DNA of 63,077 bases, counting the filler, from Folioceros fuciformis (lineage: Eukaryota), in NCBI GenBank assembly GCA_049999805.1. It is 6 parts of 6 records of this genome, joined end to end, with 100 filler letters (N's around TTAATTAATTAA, not from the genome) between each part and the next. Parts side by side here need not be neighbours in the genome. Positions count along the whole stretch, not along the records: positions 6,008 to 29,896 come from JBNGIO010003351.1; 5 more parts are not named here. One strand, given 5' to 3'. Of the stretch, positions 13,506-26,550 are shown in pieces. Within the stretch, counting starts at the first letter, position 1; each line of letters opens with the position of its first letter. A model generated the notes under the pieces. That model did not search any database. It had not been told where the DNA came from and saw nothing but the letters and a program-made list of their open reading frames with translations. The position numbers were made by a program, and so were the translations under genes.

Positions 13506-14131
13506 TCAAGCAGCGGCTGGCTTGCTGGCTTTCTCTCTGCTCTCGTCCACAGGATACTTCTTGCCGTTAAGCACCAGCTTACGCAGAGCAGCCTGCCCCA
13601 AGTCGATCCCGCATATGTCCGCCAGACGCACCAGGTACAGAAGCACGTCCGAAAGCTCCTCCCCAAGGTGCTCCTTCTCCTCCGAATTCCACCCGGGCAG
13701 GCCCCGCGGAACTTCGCCTTTCCACTGAAAGATTTCAGACAGCTCGCCCACTTCCCCTACCTGCCACCCATCCACACGATGCGCAGTCAAGGCAAGCTGC
13801 AAGCATCGGGCATCGAGCATCGAGCATCGCGCTTCGAGCATCGAGCAGCAGGCAAGGCAAGGCAGCAAGCAGCGAGAGAGACAGCAAAGAGAGGGAGAGC
13901 AAAGAACGAAGCAGAATTCAATACCGTCTCCTCATTCCACTCTGCCTTCGCTAGTCCACATACCAGTGCGAGCAGCAGATTGCGGGGGCTGTGGAATTGG
14001 TCCCAGTCTCTCTCGTATGCAAATTCTCCCATGCGCTTCTTCAGCTCCTCCAGAGTCACGTCCCGTTTCATGTCCCGAGCCGACGCCGGAGAGCTCTCCT
14101 GCTGCACCGCTCCCGAGTCTGCTCCCGCCAT
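13506..14131 (-). CDS. DCTPP1: dCTP pyrophosphatase 1 (MazG-like all-alpha NTP pyrophosphatase), 2 exons
   Basis: TLEELKKRMGEFAYERDWDQFHSPRNLLLAL|VGEVGELSEIFQWKGEVPRGLPGW...HLGEELSDVLLYLVRLADICGIDLG...NGKKYP. Confidence 0.93.
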
Positions 14132-14533
14132 CACCGACTCCAGTCCTCCACTGCGGAAAGAGCGTGTTGCCGCAACGAAACGCGACGCAATGGTGATGTT
14201 GCAGGCTGGCGGGCGGTGCAGACAGGCAGTTGGCGGCTCCAGGGACCAAGTGTTGTACGTACAGACCACCTAGGGCTCCACTCTCGCCGCTCGCACACTC
14301 GAACCGTCCGTTCCTCCTCGGAATCGGTACCCACCGAGCCTATAACCGTGTCTTTACGTACTGCTGCTCTGCAGGTACCCAGATTTCCGGGATCTGGGAT
14401 CTCCGCTATCCCGCGCCCCTGCTGCCCCTTCTTGCGCGCCTGCTAATACTCTTGTTACCTCGATAACTGCTCTCTCATCAGACAGTCCCACAAACATCGT
14501 GAGTGGGCACTGGGCACTGGGCAGTGCTGTGCC

Positions 14534-14567
14534 TCCCTTTCCTTTCCTTTCCTTTCCTTTCCTTTCC
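14534..14567 (+). repeat. (CCTTT)n microsatellite
   Basis: Consecutive CCTTT units. Confidence 0.85.
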
Positions 14568-14899
14568 CGAGGAAACCGGAGACACGAAACAAGCAACTCG
14601 TGAAAAGAGCAAGGCTCCCACTCCGACATCGGACATGGTAAGCCGTCTCCGGCCACCCAGTCCCCTTCTCTCCCATGTCACATGGCTCACGAGCTCTGAC
14701 GTTTGTAGGCGCCTCAGTGCCCACAACCAACTTCACACTGCCACATTGCTGAGACACAAATCCGTCAGCTGCGCACCTGGCGTGTCGTGGACTCCTGCCC
14801 GACCGCATTGGCCATCGCCAACACGAATGCCAGGCTCATCAATGTGCCTCCAAATAGATACACATGTAGCTTCCCCTAGTGGACAATCATCATCATGCC

Positions 14900-15830
14900 G
14901 CATACCACCAACCCTGGCATGTGCTACTCTGACAATTATCAAGCTACAACTTACGTATGTAAAATGCAACTTCTCTGCACTCAGACCTCTTGCGTTTCTG
15001 CATCTACGCTCACCATCCTGTGTGTCACCTTGGACATCATCCCTTTGTGGTATCTGTCCGAGGACAATGTCCCACACAGCCATCGAATGCGCTTTCCTGA
15101 CGTTTCTGTGCTCCACAAGCCCCATTCGAGATTGGAGACCCCATACCGGAAACACATTCAAGGTGATAGATACCAAACGTGCATCCGGGATGTGCCAAGT
15201 TGGTCGTCCCCATACTATTATTACAACCCGTCTGAAAAGGGTCTGTGTGGCCGGTTGGTGGAAAATCAGCCTCATCATAAAAAACCCTGTTCTTTTGTCC
15301 AGGTCCGATGACGTGGCATGCGTCATAGATACCTAACTTTTATTTGTCGTATTCGTGCGGACGCCAAGGTGTCACCGAGTTGGGTCGACATGCAAAAAGT
15401 ACTGTGTAGCATCGTTATCCCAACAACAGCGGCAACAACCACACAAACAACAATCCCGAGAGACCTGATTGAACACCTTGGAATGCGACACAAACCACTT
15501 GCAGCCTGATACCGATCTGTATTGAGGTCCCAGGGTGCTCTCACAGATGGAAACAAATGCCTCGGTTGAGGGTTCCTGGACAATTTGAAACAGTTTTAGA
15601 GCCACAGATTATGCTGCAGCACAGTGACAACATTCCTCCAGCTAGAAACTTGGACATGCTCGGAGGAAGCTGTTTCTTGAAAGACTGGTTAAGGGCCTGC
15701 CATAATTTCGTCAGACAACTTTGTATGAATAACCAGGTTACCAGTTCAAGGGCCATGTATATAGATAGTGTGCCCTCTTTTCAACTCCTTGAAACTGTTG
15801 AACACCTTAACGTTCGGAAAGAAAACCCCT
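14900..15830 (+). pseudogene. Decayed PLS-class PPR relic
   Basis: Plus-strand fragments: RDVPSWSS (~15185-15210), VDM.K..CSI (~15385-15412), PRDLI..WNA (~15455-15487), TTFLQL..C and RACHNFV...AMY (~15625-15765). Frameshifted. Confidence 0.4.
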
Positions 15831-16059
15831 AGCCTACTACTGTGAGTATCCTTCCCTGTCGAGGAGGCCAACAAGTCCTTGAAACCCGATGTCGCTCAGG
15901 GCCTTTAGCATGGAGACAATGTTTCTCCTTCCAATGAGCCTACATTCATCGACGGACCCTCGGAGCATGCACTATATTCAGAATCATGGCAGAAGGTGCA
16001 TCCCGCCACGTACATTTTAGAAACCTGTGTTCCTTCCATTCTTCAATAGCTTTCTCATG

Positions 16060-16553
16060 TCATGGCAGGATCCCTTTCTGTTTCCTTCTTGCGCTCTTGC
16101 GTTGCCGGATGAATCTCAAGGACACCAGCATCAGCAGGGCCAAGAAAATGAGGAGTGTAGCCACCACACCTTTCCCATTGTACACCGCGACAACAGCTCC
16201 AATCCACAGTGCAGAGAAAACGGAACAGAGGACACCCGCTTGAGTCGCTTCTGCCCTGCCAGTGCAATACGGGCAAAGCAGATCACTCCCTGAGCTTGTA
16301 AAGATGAGAGAAAACCTAGTACCGGACACACACATCGCCATCTTGCATGCAAGATCCTCTTCTACGGACAAAAACCAGACCTACTACAAAGAGCAGCGGC
16401 ACGAACGAACTCATATCGCCAAGAATCGAAAAGCTGAAGGAGAGACAGGCACAACCCCACCAAGAGGGTATGGTTTATGACAGACGACGTAGACTCCCTT
16501 CGGACCTGGAGGAAATGGTGTTGGTGGAAGAGAAAAACGCTAGTGTCCTCCAT
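16060..16553 (-). CDS. Putative small membrane protein with basic C-tail (start uncertain)
   Basis: ORF 16060-16371 carries two hydrophobic stretches (VLCSVFSALWIGAVVAV; GVVATLLIFLALLMLVSL) and then RFIRQRKSARRKQKGILP*. Confidence 0.4.
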
Positions 16554-16779
16554 TGATGCGACGACCGTAACTGATAATCCCGCAGCTGCTCCGCCAAATT
16601 TGTCCTCGTGATCATCTCCACAACGCTTCTGGGGTTGTCACTCACGTCAGACCATCACATCTTCACCGGTCCCGTTTCATGCATCTGAGCTGCCTCAGCT
16701 GCTCCTGATCCCCTTTGCGTTTGCTTCGAAGTTGCCAATGCCGCACCATCCCCTTACTACTGACCTCCAACCTCCAAGG

Positions 16780-17040
16780 CACGCGTCTCAAGTGTAATGG
16801 CAGATATTAGGTCATGTGGGATGCCAAATGAATAGCTGGCCCCCTCAACTGAGAGCCTGCCGTGGAATGCACTGTCCACGTTCCGCTGCAGCACAACCAG
16901 CACTTGTCGCGATGGAGATCTTCAGAGTAACCACACGCTTTAGACAACGATGTCCAGATGCAACTCCAAACGCTTGTTGCAGCATGAGCTAGTCCGAGGC
17001 AGGGTTTAGGGATGAGACTCAATGTAAATTCTTCCACTCA
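16780..17040 (+). pseudogene. Short decayed PPR fragment
   Basis: WNAL (~16863), MEIFR (~16912) and LVAA*ASPRQG (~16974-17005) occur in PPR-consensus order. Confidence 0.3.
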
Positions 17041-17340
17041 CTAAAAGTATTCAGCTAATCTCAAAAAAACAAGTGGACAAAGGACAGGAGAGACAGCTCT
17101 AGTCCTCTCCTCGTCCGACAAAGAGGACACAGCACGACGTGTGCAAGACACGCTTCGGAGCAGCCGCTTCAAGGTGCTCCGTTCCGTACGGCCCGATGTG
17201 TACAATCAAAATGTCGGAAAACTCGAAGTGCGTCTGCTGATACTCATGTTTTCCGGGCCTCTGTGGGATTCTGAGCTCTCCTGCTCTTTCGCTTCACCTT
17301 TCTTTTGAGCGCCTGCTTGGCGATCGAATTATCGGGGGTG

Positions 17341-20300
17341 CTAAGCAAAGGCCTGAGTTCCAAGGCCGCGCAGGATGATGATGTGACTAGACTCGTGTGC
17401 ATGAATTTGTCGTTGGCCGGTTGCAGACCCTGCAAACAGGCATATGCAGACGGATGGAGTCAGGGACGGCGAAGTACATGCCGAAAGCTCCGAACGGAGG
17501 ACTTGCCGTACCCTGATTGAGGACTTCGAAGAGCACTCCGATCTGTCCCTAGCTGACAAGGTTGTTTGGGTACCGCAACCCCTTCCTCTTCCACTTCCTC
17601 CGCCACCTCCAGGCTTCAGGAACTCCCTTGAGTCGCTGACTGCAACTCGAGTGTCTGAATTCCAACCATGCGGAGACAGCTGTAAAGAATGAAGTTCTGA
17701 CTCACTGACCACCAATTTGACAGCAGATGTACCCGAACTTCTCGTTGTAGGTGCACTGGTGTCCAGAGCTTGGGGCGCACGCACTTCTGTTCTAGCTTTG
17801 AAAATTTTGAATCTTCGTTGTGGATCTGTAGGTCCGCACATACTGAAGGTCAGCATGTGCTGTCATTGATTTCTCGATCGTAAAATTGACGTTTGAGCGT
17901 CTGCAAGCTAAGGTTCGAACCTTGCAGAAGTGCCTTGTATGCTTCACCTTTGGCCCGTGCGTGCCCCTTCACCTTTTCACGTGCCTTCAAAAAGGCTTCA
18001 GCCGTTTTTGCATCCTTGAAACCCCTGACAAAAGCGGAGTATCAGAGCTGGCCAGCAAGGTCTACCTGTGACCTCCAGGTGGATAGTATGAAAGTGAGAA
18101 AGAGACCAATCCTTCACAATCGCCACCATCGTCTCTTTCTTCTCCATTGCACGCCGCATGTAGGGGAGATCATCACACCATAGTTCAGCACGCTGCAACA
18201 CGGATGCCCACGTGAGTTACTATTGGCAGGTGCTAATGCACGGACCTGATGTCCTTTGGGAAACGTCAGGCATTGTAAACATGGTTATGGAGTACGTTAT
18301 TGATGCCAGATGCCGTACTTGGTGTTCTCCTTCTGAGCGTTTTGGCACGTCGCTTGTGGTACAAGCACCTACCCCTTCATTCAATGCCTCCTCAGGTTTA
18401 CCCTTCCAGAGGTCCCCTGATTTAGCCTTACAACTTCCCTCAGATTCGTCTCCCTTGCTCCGTTTCGAATGGACTTGGTGGATGGGTTTCTGTGCCTGCT
18501 CCGTCCAACTTGTTCTCATAGGTGCCGTGATGGATGATGTTTTAACCCTGGGGGTGGCTCGTTGTGACCCACCTGACCTTCCTGTACTGGGATGCGGTAA
18601 CATACATGAAGACACAGGCAGCCCAACCTTATTCCACAACTTATCAGCAAGAATGGCCAGGGATGAGGGGGCTCCATCACATCCCTTATCAGCACCCAGA
18701 AATTCAGGGGCAAGTTTGGTATCCCGTGCAGGCGAGTGTGCCACCTTCTGACCAAGAACAAACTCGACACCAGAGTAAGTAACGTCATCAACACCAGTTG
18801 GAAGCACTTCTTCTAAAAAAGAATCATCCATTGCGTATTCATTTTCATCAACCGAGATGTAGTCATAGTCATCATTATCGACGTACTTGCATCTCACTAA
18901 TGCCTGCCGAAATCTTAACCTCATGCTGTAGCCTCTCCAAGCAGCTTGAATCTTGGTTGCAGATTGAACCTGATGAGACCTTTCTAGAACTTCATCCCGC
19001 AGGGACTGAAGAATCCCCTCTCTCCGCACTTTAAGTCCTTTCCAGAGGGCCTGTACAGTACATGCATCTTTTTCTTGCTTCAAGGCCTTCCTCTTCAGCT
19101 CTACAATTCTTGCTTCTTCCTCTTCTTGTCTAAGGATAGATAGCCTCTTAAATCTCAATCGAGCCATATGTCGACGAACGAGAGCCTGCAGTTTGATAAC
19201 TCTTGATCTGTAAATGTCCATCTCACAACTATACCCAGAGTTGATCTTCAACTTGTTCTTGTACGCAGTGTGATGAAAGTTGATATGATCAGAGAGAGAC
19301 TGCTCCGGGTCATATTTTCCTCGACTGACTCTACCAAACTCTGTGTCACCTTGAACTCCCACTGAAGCCACATCGGGTTCCATACCAGAATGGTAAGCTT
19401 TATCAAAATTTAAATTCATGGATTGAAATCCTAATTCCCCTTCCTTGGCCCCTCCACTGGTCAGTTCACGAAATCCTGTCTGTAGTCGTTGACGGTGAAT
19501 AGAGCCCATCTCCTGAAATGCGAGGAAATTCCATCTGGCTTCAAGATGGCTTGAACAAAGGTGTCCCTGCAGATCCTCGTCCTTCAGGGTTTTCACAATG
19601 CCCAGCCGAGATCCTAGAGTGGGGCTCGTCCGAGCAGACTGCAAAATTTCCAACACATTTGCCCAAAGAGTCCCCCGATCGGCTGAGCCCCTTAATATGG
19701 CACTCGTAGACATCACACCTTGTCTAGGTGAAGGACTCTGGCTTGCTGTCGATGAGTGCGCACGCTGTACAAACGCTAGGCCATCGTCTGGACAAATCTG
19801 GTCTGCCACATTGCTCGCATCTCTGATAAGCTGATGTCTTGCTGGATGGCTTGACAACCGGAGAACTAGCTTATCTATGTTCTCTCTGAGATAGGTTGGT
19901 CCAACAGCATCTATGACATTTGAGAAGATAGCCTTCACTGCCTTATCCTTAGAGGTTTCCGAGACGGCCTCATTATCAAGCTCCGTTAGCCAGGGGACAG
20001 CCTCCAGGACATTGACGACATAGTCTGCTTGTTCCGATACTGGGTTGTCATTGAGTTGCAGTGTCCGGAGACACGGGAAGCAGGCCAGCTGCCGTAGTTG
20101 GCATAAGTCGGAGATGTTGTTGAAAGACAAATCTAGCACCTATTCGAACAATCGGTTATCAATGCCAAGGGACCAGAAGTACAATGGCTCAGAAAGTGCT
20201 CATAATTACAGGTTCGCTTCATACCTCCAAAGCTGGACAGCCCCAAACAGGCTCTAACGAGTCGATAGAGTTATCTTGTAAGTAAAGTCTTTGCAGACTT

Positions 20301-23300
20301 GGCAACCACGCACTGCAAGCCAGCCGCCTTATGGCATTCCCATTCAACCAAATCTCTCGAAGGAAGACACTCCCAGGATGAGTTGGCAGCTCAGTCAACC
20401 GGTTCCTGGAGGCTACCAGAGACAGCAGCAATGGGCAATTCTTCAAGGATTCCCACAGACTCCTCCCCTTCATATTGTTTTGTCCAACATCCAGGACTCG
20501 CAGCGATTTAAGACCACCAAGACCTTGACCTTGCAATCCTCCCAAAGTTACCAATTGATTCGAGCTTAAATCCAGGACCTCCAGATTGGGGCAGATGCTT
20601 CCTAACCGAAGTACTCTTCCTATTTTATTGCAGCTTAAACTCAACTCCTTCAACTTGGGCCAGCAATTATTCGGTAAGGAGCATCCATCGTCCTGAAATC
20701 TTGCCCACCTTCGTGACGCGAGGCTCTTTTTAGTTTCATACGAAACCTCCTTGTAACCTTGAGATGCCAGCACAGGAATCTCGTCCGCATGCGGCTTGGC
20801 TTCCTGATCCCGAGGCTTGTCAGGCTCCTTTGGAACCACAGCTGTCAATTGGCGCAAAGAATTCCCCTCAAGATGTAGAACTGTCAGACTACGAAGGTTC
20901 TCAAGACCTGCAAGGCTTGAAATGAAGTTATCCGTGGCTGAGACATGCTCCAACAGTTCTTCACACCCCTTGAGTGCACCCCTGAAAGTAGTCAGCTTGT
21001 TCCTGTCCAATACCAAAACTCTTAAAGCAGGGCACCATTGCCCGATATTTCCTTCCCCTATGGAAGAAAGCCCATCGTACGTCATGTCAAGTTTTGTGAG
21101 CCTTCTCAGCTCAAATCTTGAGCAGCTGGCCTTCTGCTCAAGCATTGGTCTAGTCAGAACTAAGGGCATGCACAAAGTGCGTTCCCATTCGAAGCTGTCA
21201 TCTGATCGCATAAGGATAGACTGACGCATTTTGCAACCCTCCGAATCTCTTTTCTCGTCGTCCTCACTTTCTTCGTCAACTTCCAGTACTAGGTCCTCCT
21301 CTGCTCCCTCTTCCCTTTTGGTGCATGTGACCCTTTCACTATTCTCATGACAAGGCATGTCCACCTTCCCTGTTGAGTTTAACTCTACAGACTGCCGCAT
21401 TCTGTCACAATACCTGTGTCTCGCATTGACAGCCGGTATGCCAGCAGCATCTCCTGTTTCCAGTGGATCTGTCCTTACCGACCTGTCTGACAGGTCAGCT
21501 CCTGCGGCAGCAGAACCCAGGCCAGCTGGTTTACAAACTCGACTGGCCACCATATGCTCCTGCCATCTCCCCCGTAGCAGGTCAATTTCCTTCCAGTTCT
21601 GCTCGAAGGACAAGATTGGCATATTGCCATTCCGGTCACCCAACCGCCATGGCTGGAAATCACAGTTGTTCAAAGCACCATAACTGTTTAAAGCATGCTC
21701 CAAGTTGTGGTAAGACGTTGGGGCATCACCATCACCTGCCCCAGCATGAGGGTTGTGCCCTATCTCCATCCTTGGCGTCGCTCCATGGCCATCTGTTTTC
21801 AATGTCACGCAAAATGTCACAGCATTGCTTGTGCTCGTCTCAGATGCAAATCTCTTCACATAATCCAGCACACTTGCTCCCATCCCAAGCAGAGCAGCGG
21901 TATTCTCCAGTAGCGCCCATTTTCGCAAACCATTTGTTACACCAGGACTCGAAGCAGATGCCATAAGCTGCGCAACTTTGACTACCTGCAGTGCCCTCTT
22001 CCTTATTGTTCTTGCAGCTTGTTCAACTTCAAAAACTATACCCAATGATTCAGCACGGCAGATGGCAACCATGTATTCCTGCCTTGATCCTGTCAAAGCA
22101 AGGCTTGGCAACTCCTGCTTACTTGTCTCCAGACGCTCTTCGAATAGTCTGCTGGACTGGATTAGCGCCTGATCCAAACCCAGCATTTTGGCCTTCGTTC
22201 TCCACATCTGGATCACATGTCGGGAACCCTGCTTCACACACCTGTCCAGATTACGAACCACTAAGTTTTCCCTCTCTGACATAGCAGATTGTATGCCCAT
22301 AGCTACTGTGAGCAATCCTAAGCTCTTGGCTTCACAGATCTTTCTGTTTGCTTCAACTCGTGCAACCTCCCAGCCATCCGCAAACTGCTTCAGCCAATGC
22401 ACAAGTCTATCTTTATCTGAACACAGGTGCAGTTCGACATCATTTTCCCTCTCAAAATCATCTCCATTTGCAGTGTCAAGTTCAGCCAGCACCCCACTCC
22501 TTGCCGGAAGTCCGATATTCGAAGGCTGTTCAAGCGTGCCAGTGTTCCTAGCAACAATCAAAGCCCTTTTCAGTAGATAACGTAGTTTATTCAGTTGTGA
22601 GCAACTGTCTGCTGTGCTCGCGGGTACAGGACGACTGTTCAGCGTTCCACTTTCTTCCACCTCTTTGTGACAAGCACAAGTCAAAGGAGCACCTTGCACT
22701 GCACTTGACCCAGGGGTTTGTAAATCCTGCGGTAACATTTTGTCAGGGCACTTGTCTGAAAGCTTAACCAACATCTGATTGCGTTAAACGGCTCCCAGAA
22801 AATGTGGATTCTTTTCTCTCACTCGTTTGTTTTCTAGCGTTTTCAATCTCTTGCGAAAGAGATATCGCCTGGCCCGTGCTTGAATGCGCAAGCAACAACT
22901 TTGTATAAAAGACTGACGCTTTTTGAATGCCTGAAGGATCTTCTTCCCTGCAAAGTACCGGCGAGCCTGACCAACAATGAAGATATGAGCAGGTGATGGC
23001 CAATAGAAGGGTTTGGCAGCCATTGCAAATTTCTCACATCCACAACTAACCTCATTGAAACGTTTTAGGTCTTGAGCTGCCTTATACTCCAACATTCTCC
23101 TCTCCTGCAACAATACCAGAGGATGTCACACACTCTGTTATACCATACTTCAGAACAAGCTTGTTCGTGGCTTGAGTAATAGTCCACATGGACTTATATA
23201 AGCATTTACCACGTCTTGCTCCTTAAGTTTGATAGTCATTGCTATATCCTGAAGAGCCTTACATTTGCATTCCATCTCCTCTTGTTCAGTCTGAAACATC

Positions 23301-24630
23301 TTCTCTGCTTGCAACTGTTCCTCCGCAAACAACCTGACTTCAACACCGGGATACAGCTCTTCAGAGAAGATCCCAAAATGCTGGACAAGGTGTCCAACCA
23401 AACACTTCCAAGTGCAACCTCTCCAAAACTCATTTCCCAAATTCCAGCCCACTTCACCTTGCTGCGAGCATCGTCTCCTTTTCAAGTGCAGCCATCTTGT
23501 TTGTTTGCTCATCTTGCAGGAACTTCACGCCAATTTCAGATGATCAGACAGGATGCACAACAGGTCACGATGAGAATAGAACTCAACACTGAGTACGACA
23601 TCCCAGAGATAAAACTGAGAAAGTGAAATGCAACGCTCATGCATGTTTTGACCAAGGTGACTCCCGGACTCCAATCTTGCCTCCTTCTTCTTCTCTAGCA
23701 TTGCCAAGGTTCTAAATGCATCCTCGCTCTGAGCCTGCTGCTTGATTTCTCTCTGTCTGGACCTTTCCAATGCAGCAGCCCTGTATTCCTGCATCACTTC
23801 GGCTCTTTCTGTACCTGGTGCTACATTGACCATATCAGGTCCTACATGGGGCCGTTCATGCTCCTGAAGAACAAGAGGTAAGCTTGAACTGAGAGCAACA
23901 TTTGCGAGCACATGTCCGATCTCTCCTGGTTTATTCTGGTCCACCGGATGACTCCCAGAAAGCCCGGAACGGTCAGACTTGCTGGATAAAAACATCTCCT
24001 GGAGGAGGACCTGACCCTCAGATGTTGCGGCAGTGGCTATCGATCCCGTGAAGCTCATAGACTCCTTAGTTCTTGACGCCTCATCTTCAGATGCCATTTC
24101 TTCCAAGGTTGGACCCAGATTTCCTCCCCGGCTTGTCCACAAATCAATCTCATCCAGTGACTTGTGAAAGGTGTCTAGCTTTTGCTCTTGCTGATGCCAC
24201 CGTGAGAGCAAACCTTGAAGGGATGCCAAAGTATCCTCTTCAAGCATCTCCTCTTCCTCCTTTTCCTCCAATTTCGAGCTCCCGCTGTCCTCATCATCCG
24301 TAATATTGTCTGCTACTCAAAGAGGTTGGTGTTACCATCACTATTCACTCTTATCAGCCTTAGAGTCTGGCGATCGGCAGATTTGGCCCAAGTTTTTTTA
24401 TTGCGCGGACACGAAAGAAACACATGGCCAGGGCTTTGCAACGAGGTTCGAACTTGGCCGACATTTTTGCAAAACCCTATTTTAAAAAGGACAAATCTTG
24501 AGACGGAGAAGGAGAGATTGCACACCTTCATCAGCTGCAAGTTCGCCAACGGTGATTGCATCAAGTTCTCGCTGCAACTCTTTCTCAACATCCGAGTCAG
24601 TGCATCCAGTGAATGAAGGATAAGGAAGCT
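17341..24630 (-). CDS. LRRIQ1: Leucine-rich repeat and IQ domain-containing protein (LRRIQ1-like), large multi-exon gene; ends approximate
   Basis: N-terminal DVEKELQRELDAI (~24540-24600) and acidic coiled coil. IQ motifs IQARARRYLFRKRL, LQALVRRHMARLRF, VQALWKGLKVRRE and IQAAWRGYSMRLRF. SDS22-type LRRs (LEVLDLSSNQLVTL, LQRLYLQDNSIDSL) with an LRR cap (LQLNDNPV...WLTELDNE). Spliced C-terminal KDW|GFKDAKTAEAFLKAR...DPQRRFKIFK. Confidence 0.75.
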
Positions 24631-24779
24631 GCACACCGAAGCCCTGCAACTAATGAAACCCAGGTCCAAAAGACAGGAAAACTATACTGTTGACAATCTA
24701 CTCAGACATCAGTGCGATTTAGCTGATACAGCCTCTGAACATCATCGGACGGAATAATAAATAGATCAAGTTGAACGTA

Positions 24780-25800
24780 GGAATTCTGAGAGGCTGCAAA
24801 TCCGAGGAGTAAGACCCACATCAATGCATGTCATTCTGCGTGCATGAATCAAGGAAGGGGCCAGGCAAGGTCGGGTGAAAGCATTTCATGTTGCCGGCAC
24901 ACAGAGATGTCTTCGAAGACCTGCCACTGTCTCACACACATGCAAAATGCAAAATGAATAAGCAGAGTCAACCAGTAATGGGCATGGCAGCTCTTACACT
25001 ATCAATATGCGTGTTCCCACTGTCTCCTACGTGAAAGGCTCGTAAAATGTAGAGGAGCTTTCGCAGTGGAGAGATACTGTGGCTCCGTTCCGTGCCGGGG
25101 GGACACCATTGCTAGACGCAGAGATCAGTGGGCTTGAGCGGCAGGAACGGTGAAGGATCGACAACACTGTCGCTGTTGCTGGCAGTGATCATTCGCATTG
25201 TCTCTCCTCGTGGGTTTTACTGCACAAGAGCAGTACGACGTTTGAATTCAGGCGGATGTAAGTTGTGGGAAACGGTGTTGGAATGTCTCAACATGCGGGC
25301 AAGCAAAGGTTGACAGAGCACGCAGCAGAGGCAGGAGTTCAGATTCCCGGTAACAAGGAACAATCGCAATCCAACAGGCCCAGGTGAGAGGCAACATGCC
25401 CAAAGGCCTGGCAAGCAATTCGACCTCGTCTCTCGGAAGGGACGAGGGGCGTGGATGCCCTTCCTTTCTCCTCCAAGCGCATGACGCTGGGTGGACGATT
25501 ATTCTCGTGAGCTGGGCTTGGTTGGCTCGGAAGCAAAGCATGCATGTCCCGCACGGCCTACCAGCACAGGCAAAGGCACAGACACGTCACTACGGCCTAA
25601 AATTGTGGGCGAGCGGCGAGCCAAACGGAGGACCTCAAACCCGGTTGATGCACGGCAGTTGGTTGCAACTTACAAGGAGGCTCCTGGAAAGGTGGGAGAG
25701 AGCCCCACGAGGGGTTGTCCTGTCTCAGCCTGTCTTCATTGTCTTGTATTTGGCTTGTCGGAATGATCGGTGTGCCCGCTCGAGTCACGCGCCCTGTGCT
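24780..25800 (+). pseudogene. Decayed PLS-class PPR relic
   Basis: RGVRPTSMHVILRA*IKEGARQGR (~24800-24880), SNGHG (~24975), DV.VGN...TCG (~25255-25300) and LMHG...LLERW...GVVLSQPVFIVLYLACRND (~25645-25765). Confidence 0.5.
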
Positions 25801-26550
25801 GCAGAATCAGCAGCTTCACCTGCCGGCAAGCGTCGATCATCTACAAGGGCCTCCGTCTTGATTTCCAGACGATGCTGCCGGCACCTGGTCGCTCTCAATG
25901 GAAAAGGTGATCACGGAAATGCTGTGCTCTAGAAGACGATGCGTTTGTCGTGCTAGGCCGTGCCGTTGTATAGAACCCAGGCATGGCTTGCAATGGATCA
26001 GTGGTGCGTCCATTGCCGGGCCAGGATGTGTCGCCCATAGCTGTGTGGGCTGATCCAGGCGCCACGCATTCCTCTCTCATCGCTGCTCTGTACTGTCAGG
26101 AAATTTGCCCGAACCCATCTCCGGCATTGAGCATCAAGATTCTGCATCACACTTTAATGCAGAGGTCCATGGGGCTTCCATGTGGCCAATGGGCTCTCAG
26201 GCTTGCTGTGGCCATCATAGCCTGGTAGCAAAATGGAAGGCTCCTCAGATTACTCGCAGGCTTGAACGTGGACGACATTATCGCTCATCTTCTCACGCAG
26301 ACTGGAGCATGACGTAGGCACGCCTACTGCTAAGAGGAGGTTCGAGACCGTATCGATTTTGCTTTGGAGAGGAACTCCTAGCACAAGGTGTTCAACCTAT
26401 ACTCACTCTCTGATCAAGTTGTATGCTGATCGAGCGACATGTGCAAGGACGATTGTGGATTCGTGACTCTGGCACTGGGTTGCATTGTGGAAACGCAGGC
26501 AGGCCCTGAGAAAAAAGAAAGCTGCGAACTTTGTGCGTGACGGCACGTAG

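Noticed and set aside
13356..15336. Long ORFs 13356-14273 (+), 14503-15336 (+) and 14733-15326 (-)
   Set aside because: They are antisense shadows of DCTPP1 or run through microsatellites and PPR relics, with no recognisable domains.
22775..22790. In-frame TAA between ORFs 22784-23113 and 20219-22774 suggesting readthrough or RNA editing
   Set aside because: A GTGAGA donor just upstream and a CCGCAG acceptor downstream allow an ordinary intron that removes the stop.
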